In this document: one piece after another, positions 57,998 to 64,000 of the stretch
Position numbering within the stretch: position 1 is the stretch's first letter
Layout of the letters: each line of letters opens with the position of its first letter
NCBI GenBank assembly: GCA_951406725.2
Contig: OX597815.1
Coordinates: 14,074,001-14,138,000, forward strand
Reading direction: 5' to 3'
Source: Octopus vulgaris
Lineage: Eukaryota
Length of the DNA stretch: 64,000 nt
Notes under the pieces: model-generated
Seen by the model: only the letters and a program-made list of their open reading frames with translations
Databases searched by the model: none
Told to the model about the DNA's origin: nothing
Program-made: the position numbers and the translations under genes

Positions 57998-58382
57998 GGA
58001 GGCGCAATGGCCCAGTGGTTAAGGCAGCGGACTCGCGGTCATAGGATCGCGGTTTCGATTCCCAGACCGGGCGTTGTGAGTGTTTATTGAGCGAAAACAC
58101 CTAAAGCTCCACGAGGCTCCGGCAGGGGATGGTGGTGATCCCTACTGTACTCTTTCGCCACAACTTTCTCTCACTCTTACTTCCTGTTTCTGTTGTACCT
58201 GTATTTCAAAGGGCCGGCCTTGTCACTCTCTGTGTCACGCTGAATGTCCCCGAGAACTACGTTAATGGTGCACGTGTCTGTGGAGTGCTCAGCCACTTAC
58301 ACGTTAATTTCACGAGCAGGCTGTTCCGTTGATTCGGATCAACCGGAACCCTCGTCGTCGTAACCGACGGAGTGCTTCCACC
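57998..58382 (+). mobile_element. Full-length tRNA-derived SINE
   Basis: A box TGGCCCAGTGG, B box GTTTCGATTCC. 12-bp TSD AAAATGTATTAT at 57986-57997 and 58383-58394. Confidence 0.93.
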
Positions 58383-58599
58383 AAAATGTATTATATAATA
58401 CTTTTTACTGTTAATATATCAAGCTGTAGCGTTAAGGCACAAAATATGTATACTTTCAAATTTCGTCACAAGGCCAGCAATTTCGGGGGTGGGTTTAAGT
58501 CGATTAGACCGACTTCAGTGCTCAACTGGTATTTATTTCATCTATACCGAAACAGCACGCAAAATATTAAATATCAAAGGAAAACAAATTTATGAACGA

Positions 58600-60400
<1,801 letters not shown>

Positions 60401-61299
60401 TCACTACTTCCAGGGGGCCACAGCATATTGAGATATATCATCGCATGTGTTGCGGCGGCTACTATTATTCAGCACTGAAAGATTGCATTCTAAATTCAAT
60501 TATAAGCTATATATGCGACAAAAGTTAGAGGCCAACGATGTAAGTAAAATCATGATGTGGCCAAAGAAACTTAAAATATACGAAGACGACTAATTACTTA
60601 ATTCTGAGAAGAAATTCACAATACTGATTTATACCCCTGATAGATGAATGTTATAAAACTAGCTTTGCTTTCAAATCCACACGACGGTCCTCAAGAATTA
60701 GACGATAGTACATTGGAGATCACCTAACATAAAGCTAAGTTAATCCACCAGAATAACAACATGAAAAGTCTCTTTCTAAATATTCCAATACTAGAATCCC
60801 CATCCTAAATATGTGTCTCCCGTTGGAAAACATAGATAATGGAATGCAAACACTCAGAACGATAATTTATAACACTGATAATTAACTAGTCTCGCGGAGC
60901 AGTGTAATATAAGAAAACATAAATACACTGAATGGGAAACTAGTGAGTGTAATGAAAAAGATAACTTGCAGGTGTCAAATCTCTGAACTTGGAAATTATA
61001 TACAGCCTTTCATCCACCAAATGTAATTCTGAGTATCTAACCAAGAGGCCATGAACAGAGTTTACGAAGGGGACAAGAAATATTTAGAAGCCATTCTCGA
61101 CAACGATGTGATTCTATTAGTCCAATGTCTCGGAACAAATTAGAAAGGACATTAAGCTAGGTGATGTAAGATCACGGTATGATTACAAGTTCCATGAAAT
61201 ACCATATTTTGACGCGAACTGAAAGGATGGACTAACATAAAATTTTATAAAAGATTTAAACGAACTGGTGTTTAAAATGAATGCCATCGAAAAGCTGTG

Positions 61300-61480
61300 T
61301 AGAACCACTACGACTTACTATTCAAGATAAAACAACTGTTTGCGATAACAAAGGCGAGGTCTACAAAATAAGGTCACAAATAAACTGTAATGTCAGAGAC
61401 TTCGTATACTATATGAAATATATATATTAGATATGCGACTACGACTACAACTAGCACAGGAGAAACAATGCGTAAGGGAG
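61300..61480 (+). mobile_element. Penelope-like GIY-YIG relic
   Basis: VYKIRSQINCNVRDFVYYMK..TGET motif remnants. Confidence 0.45.
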
Positions 61481-63039
61481 TTGAAAGAAGATAGAATCAA
61501 TGATCTGCACATACTGGAAGAAAACCAGCTCTAATATTATACCAACATGTCACATATAATCATGATGGCTATATTTCTTAACACCGAAATAAAAATCATT
61601 TCTAAATATCCATACGAATTGATACTGAGATATGTTTCAGAAACAATAAATATACTCAGCCAAAATCTGCACTCTCCCTCTCGCTCAATAGAAAGTGCGA
61701 TCAGAATAATAACAACCCAATAAAATAGTTATTGGTTTCAAAGTTTGGCATAAGGCCAGAACTTTACGGAGAGTAGGTAAAGTCGATTACATCGACTGCA
61801 GTGCCGAACTGGTACTTATTTTACCGACCCTGAAAGGATGAAAAGCTATGTCAACTTCGGTGGTATATGAACTCAGAACCCAATAAAATATATATGTGAA
61901 AAAATAATTATTTATTCATTTGCAGCTCAATCGAAGCTTCGCATTTCTTCCGGTAGTAATTTTTGTCTTCTCGGCTCATGTTAGTATATTGTCTCTTAGT
62001 TCGATAGGAGAAATACACATGAAGACAGATAACACCTAATTTACACATCTCGTTCGTCTGATTAATATTTCATGCACGGTCTTTTTAACTACGGTTGAGA
62101 GTGACGGCTGTCCACAAATTTTCATTGCTTAATTTAGGAGAATAATTAATCTGTATACATATTAAATGGACCAGGAAATGAATGTTTCAGAGACAATATA
62201 CTGCATTTTATCTAGTGTACATATGTGAATAGTATCTAGTATCATTCGCTTAAGGTATTGGCTGGTATATTTTGACGGACGGACAGAAGTAACATCTATT
62301 TTAATAGAACAGTTTCCAGAAAGGAACGCACCACAATAGTAAAAACAATAGGTGTATTTTATGTATAGCAGAGACATATAAAAGGCTGACTCATGTATAT
62401 AACATTTTAAACACATAATACGTGATATTCTTTATATATTAACATAGAAGGAAACTTAGCCTTTCATTTTCTAAACATACATTTGTAGAATCCCTTTAAG
62501 ATACAAACAGGGTAATTAAAACAGTATTATAAACAAGGAAACTACGAAGAAATCTACCTTGCCTTTTAACAATATATTTAAATCAATTCTCCTGAAAACT
62601 CAAGGAAATCTAGTGCCATATTTTAAGCACTTGCATTACCCGACGAACTATAGAAGTCGCATGACCTGAGACGACATTAAAATCTTAAACGTGAAAAAAC
62701 TTGCGGTAACGCCGTTATTATATTTTTACAAATTTCAATTGAACGAATACGAGTAACTCAAGTGAACGAACACGGGAAATAATAACGCTGCAGAACGACA
62801 GCCGTATATGAATAGATATGTAAATAGTTTTGCTTCCTGCTCCAGAATGCATTTTATATATTTACTATCATAATGGTGTTGTCAAAAATGCCGGCATTTT
62901 TATTAATGATAGAAAATAGCACACCAAAGCAATGAGAAAAGCTTGATAAATTTCTTATCTAAAATTTTTCACTAGTTTTCAATAATTCTTAAATGTGAAA
63001 CTGCCATCTAACTGCCAAATAGTAATCGGTGTCACAATG

Positions 63040-63127
<88 letters not shown>

Positions 63128-64000
63128 GTATATATATATATATGTGTACATACTTACAAATATACATATGCATATGTGGGACATCATGTGCCCACGTATG
63201 CTTATGTATATACGTAACTTAGAATAGCTTAGAAAGGTCTTGGCCAGTATTGGCCCAGGTCATGTCTAACTTAATAGCACCACCTGGCGAAGTCTTTCAA
63301 TTCAGGATTTGGGAACCAAGGCCCATTCGAGAAGAGAGTTATTGTTTGCAGCGACATATCCGGGTGTGGGTGGTTTGTCCGGGACTGCTTGAAGTAATGT
63401 GCCCAAAGACTTCTTGAATTTTGTGTGGTCAGTTTCTGTTTTGACGTGTCCTGGTGTAATGTTGAAGAGAGCGGGGCCAACAGAGGTGAAATAATTGTGC
63501 CGTATTGTTGTGACGAGATGCGATTTAGATTTTTGTTGTGGACGGATGGCACGGGGTCCAAGTCTTGTTTGTATTTTGAAGGACGAATGGCTTTGAAATT
63601 TTTCACTTTCACCTCGGCTTCCAAGTGGAGGTTACTGAGATGGGTATACTGAAGACGAAGAAAGGGATGTGATTTGGATGGGCATCAACCCAGTCCTCCA
63701 GGAATTTTATCTTCCATTTTTGAGTATTGGTGGAAGGGCTGATGCCTTGGGCGTTAAGCAAAAATGTTGAAGCGAGAGTGGATGGTTTTAATTTTTTGGT
63801 GTTTTGTTTATTTGTTTTTGTTTTTTAATGGCATCTGCAGTGGGGTGATAGTGGTGGATGGTGGTGGGTGATAGCTCGGATGTTTTTTTTTTTCCATTTC
63901 TTTTGCTAGATTCATAATAGCTAAGAAATAGGAAGAAGTTTCCTGTCTAGGGAACTGTAGGTGACTGTGTTTATGGTTATTTTTATATGAATGGTTATTT

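Noticed and set aside
57998-58075. tRNA genes at SINE heads (also 18084, 36702, 31948)
   Set aside because: They have A and B boxes but no complete cloverleaf, and they continue into SINE bodies, three of them with TSDs.
63271-63624. 117-aa minus-strand ORF
   Set aside because: Non-ATG start and no recognisable motif. It is probably part of a decayed repeat running off the window edge.

Overview
AT-rich, microsatellite-dense eukaryotic DNA made almost entirely of repeats. The SINE and LINE families and the AAT/TA/ATAC tracts suggest an octopus-like cephalopod (inference). No intact protein-coding gene is visible, and nearly all listed ORFs are microsatellite translations or transposon relics. 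The window holds many R4/Dong-type (RT + CCHC + restriction-like endonuclease) non-LTR retrotransposon copies set in (TAA)n tracts, Tx1/L1-like, RTE-like and Penelope-like relics, several tRNA-derived SINE families (four copies with target-site duplications), MITEs and two Helitrons. The main finding is a tandem array of nine near-identical 352-bp units at 12399-15546. Each unit carries one type I hammerhead ribozyme fold (variant core CCGAUGA, palindromic stem III, long interrupted stem I) within a hairpin-rich unit. This is the architecture of a non-LTR retrozyme, which would yield 352-nt self-cleaving, probably circular RNAs. The array interrupts the dead PIF1 helicase gene of a 6-kb Helitron. 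Further minimal hammerhead-like motifs lie in Penelope-like inverted repeats. All folds and alignments were read by eye and ribozyme activity is untested.
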